Assembly (NCBI GenBank): GCA_039715015.1
Contig: JBDLIE010000011.1
Coordinates: 1,843-65,842, forward strand
DNA length: 64,000 nt
Direction: 5' to 3'
Source: Thermodesulfobacteriota bacterium
Lineage (GTDB): Bacteria > Desulfobacterota > Desulfobulbia > Desulfobulbales > SURF-16
In this document: in pieces, positions 36,944-46,288 of the stretch
Layout: the number at the start of each line of letters is the position of its first letter
How positions within the stretch are numbered: the stretch's first letter is position 1
Position numbers and translations under genes: made by a program
The notes under the pieces: model-generated
Databases searched by the model: none
What the model saw: only the letters and a program-made list of their open reading frames with translations
Told to the model about the DNA's origin: nothing

Positions 36944-37734
36944 AGGTCTGTATTCTTCTGCCCTCATATAATGTCGGCTCCACCTTGGGACCTTTGCTGG
37001 ATACGCTACTCGCCTATGGTCATGCCCTGCTGGTCATTGATGACGGCTCTGAGGATCAAACCAATTCTATTGCTGCGCAGTATGGCGGCAGGGGAGTTTC
37101 TCTGTTGCGTCACCAGGTAAATAGGGGTAAAGGAGCAACACTACGTACCGGTTTTGCCTGGGCCCTTGAAAAGGGGTTTGATGTGGCTGTTGCCATGGAT
37201 AGCGATCTTCAGCATGATCCGGATGACTTGCCTGGCCTCATTGATGTTTTTGAGCGCGAAAAGCTCGATCTCCTCATTGGTGATCGTATGCATGACCAGA
37301 GTGACATGCCTGCAGTTCGGCGCTTAGGAAACTGGTTTTCCAGCTGGGGGACGGGGAATTTTTGCCACCAGAAGATTTTTGATGCCCAGTGTGGTTTTCG
37401 GATCTTTCGCTTGGCTACTTGCCGGACCATGCTTTCTGAGTTAAGGCTTGACCGGTATGTGTCGGAAAGTGAGGTGCTCGTCCGCTCCTCGATGAATCTC
37501 CTGCGTATCGGTTTTACGCCGATAACAGTGATTTACCCTGAAGATTTATCCCATAAAAGTTTTTACCGGCCCTGGATCGACACCTATCGCATTGTTTATT
37601 ATTTCACCCTGGAACTCTTAAGGCGGGCCTTTACCGGCGAAGGGCGGCGGGAATTACGGAACCTACGAGAATATGTCAAGAGTTGCAGTGACTGGCCTCG
37701 GTATTATTTGCTGTCTCGGTCAGGGAGTAAATAA
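36940..37734 (+). CDS. Family 2 glycosyltransferase
   Basis: ILLPSYNVGSTL ... VIDDGSEDQT ... AMDSDLQHDP (DxD-type motif). 264 aa. Confidence 0.85.
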   Translation: MKVCILLPSYNVGSTLGPLLDTLLAYGHALLVIDDGSEDQTNSIAAQYGGRGVSLLRHQVNRGKGATLRTGFAWALEKGFDVAVAMDSDLQHDPDDLPGLIDVFEREKLDLLIGDRMHDQSDMPAVRRLGNWFSSWGTGNFCHQKIFDAQCGFRIFRLATCRTMLSELRLDRYVSESEVLVRSSMNLLRIGFTPITVIYPEDLSHKSFYRPWIDTYRIVYYFTLELLRRAFTGEGRRELRNLREYVKSCSDWPRYYLLSRSGSK

Positions 37735-38899
37735 GGTCTGGCCCCGCTTGGTGGCTGGTGAAACCGATTTTGGTGAGATCTCCCTGCCTGGCTTTGATCA
37801 GTTTCAAAACCGGATTGGTGGCCAGGTTGACGATGATCTCCTGGCCCATGCCTCATCTCTTCTCCCGCGTGTTTCTCGTCATGAGCGCCTGGGCTGGCTG
37901 GCTGCCAGCGAGGCCCTTGCTGATGCCGCTTTCCCTAAAGACCTCTACTTAGATAGCCAAATAGGAGTTGCCGCCGGTATTGGCGCCGCCGGCATGCTGG
38001 AGGCCGAGGAATGGGTTGCCCAGCGTGATGATCGTCAAAAGTTTGTTCCTGCCTGGAAGCTTCACAGCTATCCGGCCTCGTCGCTGGCCGATTTTCTGGC
38101 TGCGACTTTTAGATTTTCCGGACCACGTTTTTCCATTGCAACAGCCTGTTCATCTTCTGCCACCTCCCTTGGTTTTGCTGCTGATGCCATCCGAAAAGGG
38201 CGGGCTAAGGCCTTTATGGTGGCCGGTGCTGAAGGATTAAGCCGCTTGACCTATGGCGGATTTCACAGCCTCCATTCCATTGCCCCTGAACGATGCCAGC
38301 CCTTTGATAAGAATAGAAAGGGGATCTTTTTAGGGGAGGGGGCCGGTGTCCTTATTCTTGAAGACTGGCAGGAAGCCACGACCCGTAATGCCACCATCTA
38401 TGGCGAGGTGCTCTCCTGGGGCCTGAGTTCTGATGCCTATCATATGACGGCTCCCCATCCTGAGGGGCGTGGTGCTGTCATGGCCATGGAGCAGGCCTTG
38501 GAGCGTGCCGCCCTGCAGGCAAAGGATATTAATTATATCAACCTCCATGGCACCGGCACCCTTCATAATGATCTTGCTGAGTCTAAGGCGGTGCAGCGGG
38601 TGTTTGGCAATTATTGCAAAGATCTCTGTGTTTCTTCAACAAAATCCATGACAGGTCATTGTCTGGGTGCTGCCGGGGCCATGGAGTCTGTCTTTTCCCT
38701 CCTGGCTCTTCATCATAGTATGGCGCCCCCCACTGCCGGTCTGGAAACCCCGGATGGGCAATGCCCCCTCAATTATATGCCTGGGCAGGGAAAATCCATG
38801 CCCCAGATGAAATATGTCATGAACAATGTCCTGGCCTTTGGCGGCAATAATGTTGCCCTGCTCTTTGGCAAGGATGAAGAGAGGGGCCATGACGACTAA
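37673..38899 (+). CDS. Beta-ketoacyl-ACP synthase (FabF/KAS II-like, catalytically complete)
   Basis: MSRVAVTGLG, active-site ATACSSS, HMTAPH and NLHGTGT form the Cys-His-His triad. The start lies 62 nt inside the GT2 ORF in another frame. Confidence 0.9.
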   Translation: MSRVAVTGLGIICCLGQGVNKVWPRLVAGETDFGEISLPGFDQFQNRIGGQVDDDLLAHASSLLPRVSRHERLGWLAASEALADAAFPKDLYLDSQIGVAAGIGAAGMLEAEEWVAQRDDRQKFVPAWKLHSYPASSLADFLAATFRFSGPRFSIATACSSSATSLGFAADAIRKGRAKAFMVAGAEGLSRLTYGGFHSLHSIAPERCQPFDKNRKGIFLGEGAGVLILEDWQEATTRNATIYGEVLSWGLSSDAYHMTAPHPEGRGAVMAMEQALERAALQAKDINYINLHGTGTLHNDLAESKAVQRVFGNYCKDLCVSSTKSMTGHCLGAAGAMESVFSLLALHHSMAPPTAGLETPDGQCPLNYMPGQGKSMPQMKYVMNNVLAFGGNNVALLFGKDEERGHDD

Positions 38900-40079
38900 G
38901 GTTTATATTAGCGGCATGGGCTGTCTGAGCGGCTATGGTCTGCGCCTGGAGAACCTTGTCCAGGGTCTTGCCGGCCATTCTGCCCTCACTGCTAGGCAAC
39001 CTCTTGGTAAGGGGGCCACTCCTGTTTCCTGCGGCCAGGTCCCCGAATTTAAAGATGCCCTGGCCCCCTATGCTAAGCCCTTAGTTCGGCGTAAGATGAG
39101 CAGGCTGTCGAAGATGGCGGTCACCGCCGCCGGAGATGCCTTGGGGGCCAGTGGTTTTGTTGATCATGAAAAGGCAGGCTGTGGCGTGGTGCTTGGTACA
39201 GCTTTTGGCAGCACGGCCCAGAGCGATTTGTTCTATGGAGATTTCCTCGCCAAAGGGGCTCTTAAGGTTAATCCCGGTTATTTCCCGGAAACCGTACCCA
39301 ATGCCCCGGCTGGCCAGGTCTCTATTATCTTTGGCCTCCAGAGTGCCAATACCACGGTGTGTCAGCAGGCCCTGTCTTCCGAGCATGCTTTGGCCCTGGC
39401 CTATAACCTCCTAGAAAATGGCATGGCGCAGCGTATGGTTGTGGTTGGGGTTGAAGAGATGAGCCCGGCCTTGCTTGCTGGCTTGCAGGCCTGTGGCCAG
39501 CTGCAAAAAAGGTCATTTTCTTCTTCGGATGAAATCCTCCTGGGCCGCCGGATTAAGGTTGGCGAGGCCAGTGTGGCTTTGGTTCTTGAAAGCGAGGAAA
39601 GCCTTGCTGCTCGTAAAGGCGTGGCCCTGGCCCGTCTCCATGACGTGGTGACGGCTGGTTCCGCCTCGTGGCCTGCACTCTATCACGAGGTTGCCCCAGC
39701 TGTGGAGCAGATGATTGCCGGCCTAGATAAAAATCATTGTGCCAAGATCGGCGCGGTCATTGCCGGCACCTCCTTCTTGAAGGAGGTCGATAATAACCAT
39801 CTTGCCGTCCTTGCAAAGAGTCTTGGTCCCCAGTTGCCCTGTGTTCTGCCGGAGTATGGCACCGGCAACGTCATGGGGGCAGGCTTGCTGAGAACTGCCC
39901 TGGCAGTGGCGCTGGTCAGCGGCGGCCAGTTGCCCTGCCGCTTATTGGGCAAAAGGATGACGGACCATGTTCCCTATGCCAGCCTCTATGACGGCCATGT
40001 CGGCCAGGTTGACCATGCCTTTGCCACCACAGTCAGCCCGGGGGGCGGCGCTGGCGGTGTTCTGGTGGCCAGGGTGTAG
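38889..40079 (+). CDS. KS-like partner lacking a catalytic His (chain-length-factor-like)
   Basis: Thiolase fold (MTTKVYISGMGCLSGYG). EYGTGNVMGAG stands where KS enzymes have xHGTGT. It overlaps the KS gene by 11 nt. I chose the ATG at 38889. Confidence 0.8.
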   Translation: MTTKVYISGMGCLSGYGLRLENLVQGLAGHSALTARQPLGKGATPVSCGQVPEFKDALAPYAKPLVRRKMSRLSKMAVTAAGDALGASGFVDHEKAGCGVVLGTAFGSTAQSDLFYGDFLAKGALKVNPGYFPETVPNAPAGQVSIIFGLQSANTTVCQQALSSEHALALAYNLLENGMAQRMVVVGVEEMSPALLAGLQACGQLQKRSFSSSDEILLGRRIKVGEASVALVLESEESLAARKGVALARLHDVVTAGSASWPALYHEVAPAVEQMIAGLDKNHCAKIGAVIAGTSFLKEVDNNHLAVLAKSLGPQLPCVLPEYGTGNVMGAGLLRTALAVALVSGGQLPCRLLGKRMTDHVPYASLYDGHVGQVDHAFATTVSPGGGAGGVLVARV

Positions 40080-40082
40080 CTG

Positions 40083-41444
40083 ATGCGAGTCCTTCTTTTT
40101 TCATTAAATAAGGAAATCCTTCCTGAGCCAGCCTTCCCCTTGGGCTTGGCCTTTATTGCCGGAGCCCTGGATCAGGCTGGCCATGAGTGTGAAGTCTTTG
40201 ATCTCTGTGTCCAGGACATGACCGATCTTGCTCCTGTCATACAACGTTTTCAGCCTGAAGTGGTCGCCCTCTCCCTGCGCAATGTTGATAATGTCGCCTA
40301 CCCGGAAACCACTACCTATATTCCCCATTACCAGAAAACGGTATCTTCCCTGCGAGAATTGACCGATGCGGTCTTGGTGCTTGGCGGCCCAGGCTATTCT
40401 CTCTTTGCGGAACGACTCCTCCTTGAATTGCAATGCGATTACGGCGTGGTGGGCAGTGGCGAAGAGGTTATTGTCCGCTTGCTTGATGCCCTGCAGGGCA
40501 AGGGTGAGGCTGAAACCATTCCTGGTCTTCTCATCCGCACCGGTGAAAAGGTTGTCTCTGGAAGCGGCAGTTTGGCGGGCGGACAGTGGTTATCTCCCCT
40601 GTATGAAAAATTTCCCCTGGAGCATTATCAGGAAATCGGCGGCATGGCCACGGTGCAGACCAAGAGGGGCTGTCCATTTACTTGCATTTATTGCAGTTAT
40701 CCGGTACTTGAAGGCCGACAGGCGAAAACACGGCCCATTGAACAGGTTATTGCCGAACTCAGAGAGATCCGCAGCAGGGGCATTCGTGAGGTCTATTTTG
40801 TTGATTCGGTCTTCAATAATCCGCCTGACTATGCCAAGGACCTCTGCCGGAGCATGCTGCAGGCCAAGCTGGATTTGAAATGGACCTGTTACGCCGCCCC
40901 TCTCAATTTTGATGAGGAGATGGCGGCCCTCTTTGTGGAGAGCGGTTGCCTGGGTGTCGAGTTTGGCACAGACACCTTGTCGCCTGTGATGTTGAAAAAT
41001 CTCGGCAAGAGTTTTTCCGTTTCTGAGGTTTTGGAGATAAGCGACATCTGCTATCAACAGAAACTACCCTTTTGTCATGCCATCCTGGTGGGCGGGCCGG
41101 GTGAGACAAAAGAGACCCTGCAGGAAACCGTGGATAACCTGGTTAAGACCCGGGCCTCGGCGGTTATCTTCATGACTGGTCTGCGTATTATACCGGCCAC
41201 AAAGCTTTACGAAATTGCAATGGATGAAGGGCTGATCAACGAAAAGACTGATATGGTCGAGCCCCAATTTTACGTTTCCCCTGCTATCGAGCCCCTGGAA
41301 CCGGAAATTAATAGGTTGTCACGGCTCCATAAGACATGGATCTTCCCCGGCCATCAGATCCGCTGTTCTGAACATCTGGCCAAATTTATGCGAGAGAGAG
41401 GCGCACGCGGTCCACTATGGCTCCATATGACTCCCCCCCGGTAA
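40083..41444 (+). CDS. B12-binding-domain radical SAM enzyme (subfamily D)
   Basis: The CxxxCxxC motif is RGCPFTCIYCSY. The N-terminus MRVLLFSLNKEILPEPAFPLGLAFIAGAL ... VVALSLRN ... LVLGGPGYS is B12-type. Confidence 0.9.
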   Translation: MRVLLFSLNKEILPEPAFPLGLAFIAGALDQAGHECEVFDLCVQDMTDLAPVIQRFQPEVVALSLRNVDNVAYPETTTYIPHYQKTVSSLRELTDAVLVLGGPGYSLFAERLLLELQCDYGVVGSGEEVIVRLLDALQGKGEAETIPGLLIRTGEKVVSGSGSLAGGQWLSPLYEKFPLEHYQEIGGMATVQTKRGCPFTCIYCSYPVLEGRQAKTRPIEQVIAELREIRSRGIREVYFVDSVFNNPPDYAKDLCRSMLQAKLDLKWTCYAAPLNFDEEMAALFVESGCLGVEFGTDTLSPVMLKNLGKSFSVSEVLEISDICYQQKLPFCHAILVGGPGETKETLQETVDNLVKTRASAVIFMTGLRIIPATKLYEIAMDEGLINEKTDMVEPQFYVSPAIEPLEPEINRLSRLHKTWIFPGHQIRCSEHLAKFMRERGARGPLWLHMTPPR

Positions 41445-42298
41445 GCTGTTATCTCTGTGGAGCTGACCAGCCTCAACCCTTCTATCACGAAAACGGTTAC
41501 CCCTATTATCGTTGCAAAGCCTGCGGTTTGCTTTCTCTGTGGCCCCAGCCCAGTGCCGACGATCTTCATGACCACTACCAGGAGTATCTGCCCCTCTCTG
41601 CCCAGGAGGTAGAAGAGTGGGGCTTTGAAATGGCGCCGGTCATTGATAGTTCAGCAAATTTCCTTGGTCGTCATTTCCCGGAAGCAGGCCGTCTTCTTGA
41701 TATCGGCTGTGGATATGGATTTTTCCTGGAGGCCATGGCCAGACGGGAATGGCAGGTGGAGGGCATCGAACTTTCCAAACCGGCCGCTGAGATTGCCCGT
41801 GCTAAGAAAATCGGAACCATCCACTCCTGCGCCGTGGAAGAGATGGAGGACATCGGGCTCTTTGATGTGGTGACCATGTTCTACGTCATTGAGCATGTTG
41901 CCGATCCTCTGCAAACTCTGCGAAATGTCGCTAAACTCTTAAAGCCGGGCGGGGTGCTGGTGCTGCGCTACCCGAACACCTCCCCTTTGTTGAAATTTTC
42001 CGGCAAGCTGGCCCGTTCCCTGAAGCTCATGCAGGCCCCCTCGCATCTCTTTGATTATGCTGAAAATTCCATGGATCTTTTGCTACAAAAAGCGGGCTAT
42101 GGCAGTTGCCTCACCTCAATTGATGCCAATACCCGCTCTCCGCATCTTGTGAGACGGTTTATTTCCTGCTATATAGGATTGGTTCCTGTTCTTGTCGCCC
42201 GTTTGAGCCAAGGACGCTTTCTGTTGCCGGGTTACAGCAGGGTAAGCTATGCATCTTTGGATGCCGGTAAATTTAAACGTAAACTTGATGATCGCTAA
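41417..42298 (+). CDS. Class I SAM-dependent methyltransferase with an N-terminal zinc ribbon
   Basis: CYLCG...YYRCKACG is followed by SAM motif I LLDIGCGYGFF. Confidence 0.85.
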   Translation: MAPYDSPPVSCYLCGADQPQPFYHENGYPYYRCKACGLLSLWPQPSADDLHDHYQEYLPLSAQEVEEWGFEMAPVIDSSANFLGRHFPEAGRLLDIGCGYGFFLEAMARREWQVEGIELSKPAAEIARAKKIGTIHSCAVEEMEDIGLFDVVTMFYVIEHVADPLQTLRNVAKLLKPGGVLVLRYPNTSPLLKFSGKLARSLKLMQAPSHLFDYAENSMDLLLQKAGYGSCLTSIDANTRSPHLVRRFISCYIGLVPVLVARLSQGRFLLPGYSRVSYASLDAGKFKRKLDDR

Positions 42299-42532
42299 AA
42301 AGCTGTTGGCACACATAACCATGTGACGTTAAATCCATAGGATAACCACTGTACAGGTGGCCGTACCGAACTTTTCGAAGGTCTCGCAGGCTCGCTATCT
42401 GCGAGGCCATCAAACTTACCTAGAAAAGAATCTCATTTCCTGGTAGATATGTTCTTCCCCGGCGCATTTTGCGTACGCGGTTGTTAATTATAGTTTTCCT
42501 TTTCTTTCTTTGCCGTTTTAGGAGCTGCTACA

Positions 42533-43810
42533 ATGTTTGATCTGAGTATTCCTGACTCTCTTTCAAGCAAGATTCTCGGCTTTGCCAGCAATCTTTCTGA
42601 TAAAAACTTTTTGCGCATTGTTGATACCGTTGCCAAACTCACATCCATCGACTGGCATGACAAGGGTATTGATGCCATGCGTAAGTTGATTGCCGATAAA
42701 CATCCTGGTATTGCCGGCGCCAGGCGGGCCCTTAAAAAGGTAAACCCCAAGGTTCGCGGTAAGCTTTTTAACAACTATCTTCTGCGCGGTATCCTGCTTG
42801 GTTACAAGAAGCGCCTCGCCTTTTATAACGAGTATAATGTGGCGCCTCCGGGCAACTTGATGATCAGCCCCACCACCAGTTGTAACCTCCGTTGCTACGG
42901 CTGCTATGCTGGTACCCATATCCGCACCGACGAGCTTACCCAGCAAGAAGTTGAGTCTATGATCGAGGAGGCGGGCAAGGCTGGTACCAACCTGGTGACC
43001 TGGCTGGGGGGTGAATCTTTTATCAAGCCCTGGATCTTTGATGTTCTCGAAAAATTTCCTCAGGTTGGCTTCCAGATTTTCACCAATGCTTTACTGCTTG
43101 ATGATGAGAAAATTGAGCGTCTGGCCAAACTTGGCAATGCCATTATTGCCATTGGTATTGACGGTCCGGAAGAATTCACCGATGGTCGCAAGGGTGCGGG
43201 CGCTTACAAAGGGGCGCTCTCTGCCATGCGCAAGCTAAGTGATGCCGGGGTGCTGGTTGGTTACTCCACCATGGTTAGCCGCCAGAATTTTGAAGAGATT
43301 TACAGTGACGAGTTTATCGGCACCATGATTGACCATGGCGCCGCCTTTGGCTGGTGCGCCATTGCTATCCCCCAGGGTAAGGCCTGTAAAGAGCTGCAGA
43401 TCGTGCCCACTGATGAGCAGAAGGCGATGATTCCGGAAAAGGTGCGCAGGGTCAGGAAAAATAATGATATCGTCTTTATCGATTTCTATGCCGATGCCCG
43501 TATAACCGAAGGTTGTGGCGCTGGTCGCGTCTCCATCCATGTCAATAACATCGGTGATGTTGAACCCTGCGTCTTCTTCCCCTTTGCCGTTGATAATATC
43601 CGTGAAAAGCCCTTTCTGGATATTTTGAAATCCAACTTCTTCCAGGACATCCGCAAGGTTCATAAGCAATATCCCGGTGAGCTCAATACCTGCATGATGG
43701 CCACCAAGCCACAGGCAGTCCTTAAGGTTGTCCAGGATAACAGCGCCAAGGAGACATCAGAAGGCACCCTGGAACAGCTTAATGCCCTGGCTGAAAAAGA
43801 GGCGGGTTGA
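42533..43810 (+). CDS. Radical SAM enzyme with a SPASM-like C-terminal Cys cluster and an approximately 100-aa N-terminal extension
   Basis: The CxxxCxxC motif is TSCNLRCYGCYAG. The C-terminal CGAGRVSIHVNNIGDVEPCVFFPF is SPASM/twitch-like. RBS AGGAG lies upstream. Confidence 0.85.
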   Translation: MFDLSIPDSLSSKILGFASNLSDKNFLRIVDTVAKLTSIDWHDKGIDAMRKLIADKHPGIAGARRALKKVNPKVRGKLFNNYLLRGILLGYKKRLAFYNEYNVAPPGNLMISPTTSCNLRCYGCYAGTHIRTDELTQQEVESMIEEAGKAGTNLVTWLGGESFIKPWIFDVLEKFPQVGFQIFTNALLLDDEKIERLAKLGNAIIAIGIDGPEEFTDGRKGAGAYKGALSAMRKLSDAGVLVGYSTMVSRQNFEEIYSDEFIGTMIDHGAAFGWCAIAIPQGKACKELQIVPTDEQKAMIPEKVRRVRKNNDIVFIDFYADARITEGCGAGRVSIHVNNIGDVEPCVFFPFAVDNIREKPFLDILKSNFFQDIRKVHKQYPGELNTCMMATKPQAVLKVVQDNSAKETSEGTLEQLNALAEKEAG

Positions 43811-45153
43811 CCATGAAGGTCCTCCTGGTCTTTCCCCGGGAGCCGGGAACCTGTGTTTCTAATGATTCGGTTCTACCTTTCCCTCTCCTGGGGCTCACCC
43901 AGCTTGCCGCTACCTTTCCCGACCATTATGAGCTAAAGCTTATAGATGAGTCAGTCAGGCCTTTGTCTCACATTGAGCAGGCCGATCTCGTTTGTATTAC
44001 CACCATGACCGCCACGGTGAACAGAGCCTACGCTCTGGCTGACCGTTTCCTTGAACATTCCATCCCCGTGGTGTTGGGTGGCGCCCATGCCACGGTGATG
44101 CCTGATGAGGCAGCAGGCCATGCCACCTCAGTGCTGATTGGTGAGGCGGAAAATGTCATGCCTGCCCTCATCCGTGATTTTGAGCGTGGTGAGCTGGCTC
44201 CTAGGTATCAAGCTGATTCTTACGCCGCCTTAGCTGATATCCCCCAACCCCGGGTGGACCTTCTTAACTGGCGCCATCGTTTTTTTCTCTCATCTCTGCA
44301 GACCAGCCGCGGTTGTCCCAACTCCTGTAATTTTTGTTCGGTCCCTGCCATTTTCGGTCATCGTCTCCGCCTGAAAACCATCGATACCATTAAGGCAGAA
44401 CTTGAGGTGGCCAGCAAACACGGCTCAAAATATCTTTTTGTGGTGGATGACAATTTCACTGCCAACCGCAAAAGGGCCAGGGAGATCATGGACCTCTTTG
44501 CCTATTATAAGATGCGCTGGATGGGGTTTTCCACCTTGGCCATGGCTGAGGATGGCGAGTTCCTTGACGCTCTGCGCCAGTCGAATTGCGTGTCGCTTTT
44601 CATCGGCTTTGAGTCCCTTCATCAACATGATAATTTTGTAAAAAATAAGAAATACACTAACCCCGCTGCAGTGAGTCATGCTGTGAAGGTTATCCATGAG
44701 GCTGGTATCGGCATCCAGGGCTCCTTTATCTTCGGCTTTGATCATGATACGCCGGAAGTCTTTGGTGAGGTGGTTTCCTTTATTCAGGAAAACGAGATCG
44801 AGGTCCCCAACGTCAATATTCTTACGCCTTTTCCAGGAACGAAACTCTACGAAGAGATAGACGGCCAGGGCCGCATTCTCCATCATAACTGGGACAAGTA
44901 TGATATGAACCATGTTGTTTACCAGCCGCGGAGTATGTCGGTGGAGGAGTTGCAGCAGGGCTATGCCTGGACCCTGAAATATCTCTCGTCGCCCACCGTC
45001 ATCCCGCGCCGACTGTCATGGCGTCGCCCCTATTATCCCTATTTCCTGATGGCCAACTTTTCCTTGCATCGGGCCTTGACCAAGCTTGCCAAGAATGTCT
45101 GGAATTCTCAGGTGCAGAAGGATATGGAGGCAAAGGGGGGATGTCTATGCTGA
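43807..45153 (+). CDS. B12-binding-domain radical SAM enzyme (subfamily B)
   Basis: The CxxxCxxC motif is RGCPNSCNFCSV. The N-terminal domain reads DLVCITTMTATVNRAYALADRFLEHSIPVVLGGAHATVMPDEA. Confidence 0.9.
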   Translation: MTMKVLLVFPREPGTCVSNDSVLPFPLLGLTQLAATFPDHYELKLIDESVRPLSHIEQADLVCITTMTATVNRAYALADRFLEHSIPVVLGGAHATVMPDEAAGHATSVLIGEAENVMPALIRDFERGELAPRYQADSYAALADIPQPRVDLLNWRHRFFLSSLQTSRGCPNSCNFCSVPAIFGHRLRLKTIDTIKAELEVASKHGSKYLFVVDDNFTANRKRAREIMDLFAYYKMRWMGFSTLAMAEDGEFLDALRQSNCVSLFIGFESLHQHDNFVKNKKYTNPAAVSHAVKVIHEAGIGIQGSFIFGFDHDTPEVFGEVVSFIQENEIEVPNVNILTPFPGTKLYEEIDGQGRILHHNWDKYDMNHVVYQPRSMSVEELQQGYAWTLKYLSSPTVIPRRLSWRRPYYPYFLMANFSLHRALTKLAKNVWNSQVQKDMEAKGGCLC

Positions 45154-45617
45154 CTGATGCCGGCATCATCTTTTCCTCCTACCTGGCATTGGGCCGTACC
45201 GGCGCCATTGCCAGTTCCCTGCTTCTCCATGAGGATGTCTTAATTACCTTCACTGTTGCCTTGGCCCTGGATTTCTTTCAGATCCCGGTCTATGGCGTTA
45301 TTCTGGATACATCCAGCCGTACTACCAGCATTGGCCGTAAATTTGATTCCTTCCTCAACAAGAAGAGACAGCTCTGGAGGGAGAGGATGGCGGCCGATGG
45401 GTTTTGGGGCTGGCTTGCCAGGATGCAACCTCTGGCCGTGATGACCGTTGCCATTATTCCCATCCGTGGCTGCGGTATAATTTCGGCCTGTGTTCTCTGT
45501 TTTATGCTTGGTTTCTCACGTGCCTACGGTACATTTCTCATCATGGCAGGTTCCTTGGTGGGGGCCTTGGCCACCCTGGGTATCCTCTATGAACCCATGA
45601 GGTTTTTTAATGGCTAA
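45141..45617 (+). CDS. Small integral membrane protein (possibly small-multidrug-export-like)
   Basis: About 158 aa with 4 hydrophobic helices. The ATG at 45141 is preceded by AAGGGGGG. The ORF track extension from 45018 lies inside the preceding gene. Confidence 0.5.
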   Translation: MSMLTDAGIIFSSYLALGRTGAIASSLLLHEDVLITFTVALALDFFQIPVYGVILDTSSRTTSIGRKFDSFLNKKRQLWRERMAADGFWGWLARMQPLAVMTVAIIPIRGCGIISACVLCFMLGFSRAYGTFLIMAGSLVGALATLGILYEPMRFFNG

Positions 45618-46287
45618 AGAGCGTGTCCCAGAGAGCCAAGAAGTAGAAAACGATACCATCGGTGTCTTTTCCAGAGTGGCCGGCTGGACAGGGTATGGTG
45701 CGGCCTGGCGGGTGCGTGGCATCATGGCTGAGCCTTTTCGGGCTGGAGATCTGGTTGTTGATGTGGGTACTGGGCCGGGAACCATACCCCTCCATCTCCA
45801 ACGATTTTTCCCTGGGGCGGTGTTTCACGGTCTTGATATCTCCACGGCCATGCTGGCCCAGGCCCGTCACCATTCAGAGAGAATGGATGTTCCCTTGGAG
45901 CTTGTCAGCGGCCAGGGCGAATATCTGCCCTTTGCAGATAAGAGTCTTGATATGGTTATTTCTTTCTTCACCATGCACCATATCAATAGTCCCGGTGACT
46001 TTCTTGCTGAGGTGGACCGTGTCTTAAAGGATGACGGGAAATTTCTGCTCATCGACTTCCGGCGCGATATGCCCGCTTTTATCTACCAAGCAATGAATAG
46101 TTTTTGGCAACTGGCCTTTCTTTTCAGTCGGGGTCGCAAGGGGCTGATGGAATCCATTGATTCAGCATGGACGGCCACGGAAATTAAGGAGGCCCTTGCT
46201 GCCAGAGATTTGCAGCGTTTTCAGATTAATGAAACCCGTACCGAGCTTTTAATCACCAGCGGTATCAAGAAGTTCGAGGAATGTTGA
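45610..46287 (+). CDS. Class I SAM-dependent methyltransferase
   Basis: Motif I VVDVGTGPGTIP plus FADKSLDMVISFFTMHHI. 225 aa. Confidence 0.85.
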   Translation: MAKERVPESQEVENDTIGVFSRVAGWTGYGAAWRVRGIMAEPFRAGDLVVDVGTGPGTIPLHLQRFFPGAVFHGLDISTAMLAQARHHSERMDVPLELVSGQGEYLPFADKSLDMVISFFTMHHINSPGDFLAEVDRVLKDDGKFLLIDFRRDMPAFIYQAMNSFWQLAFLFSRGRKGLMESIDSAWTATEIKEALAARDLQRFQINETRTELLITSGIKKFEEC

Positions 46288-46288
46288 A

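Noticed and set aside
42449-42487. A 12-codon ORF (MFFPGAFCVRGC) lies just upstream of the SPASM radical SAM gene and could be imagined as a Cys-containing RiPP precursor.
   Set aside because: It has no Shine-Dalgarno sequence and is far too short to carry a leader plus core. A single small ORF in a 234-nt gap is expected by chance. The surrounding genes are lipid-type, not RiPP-type.
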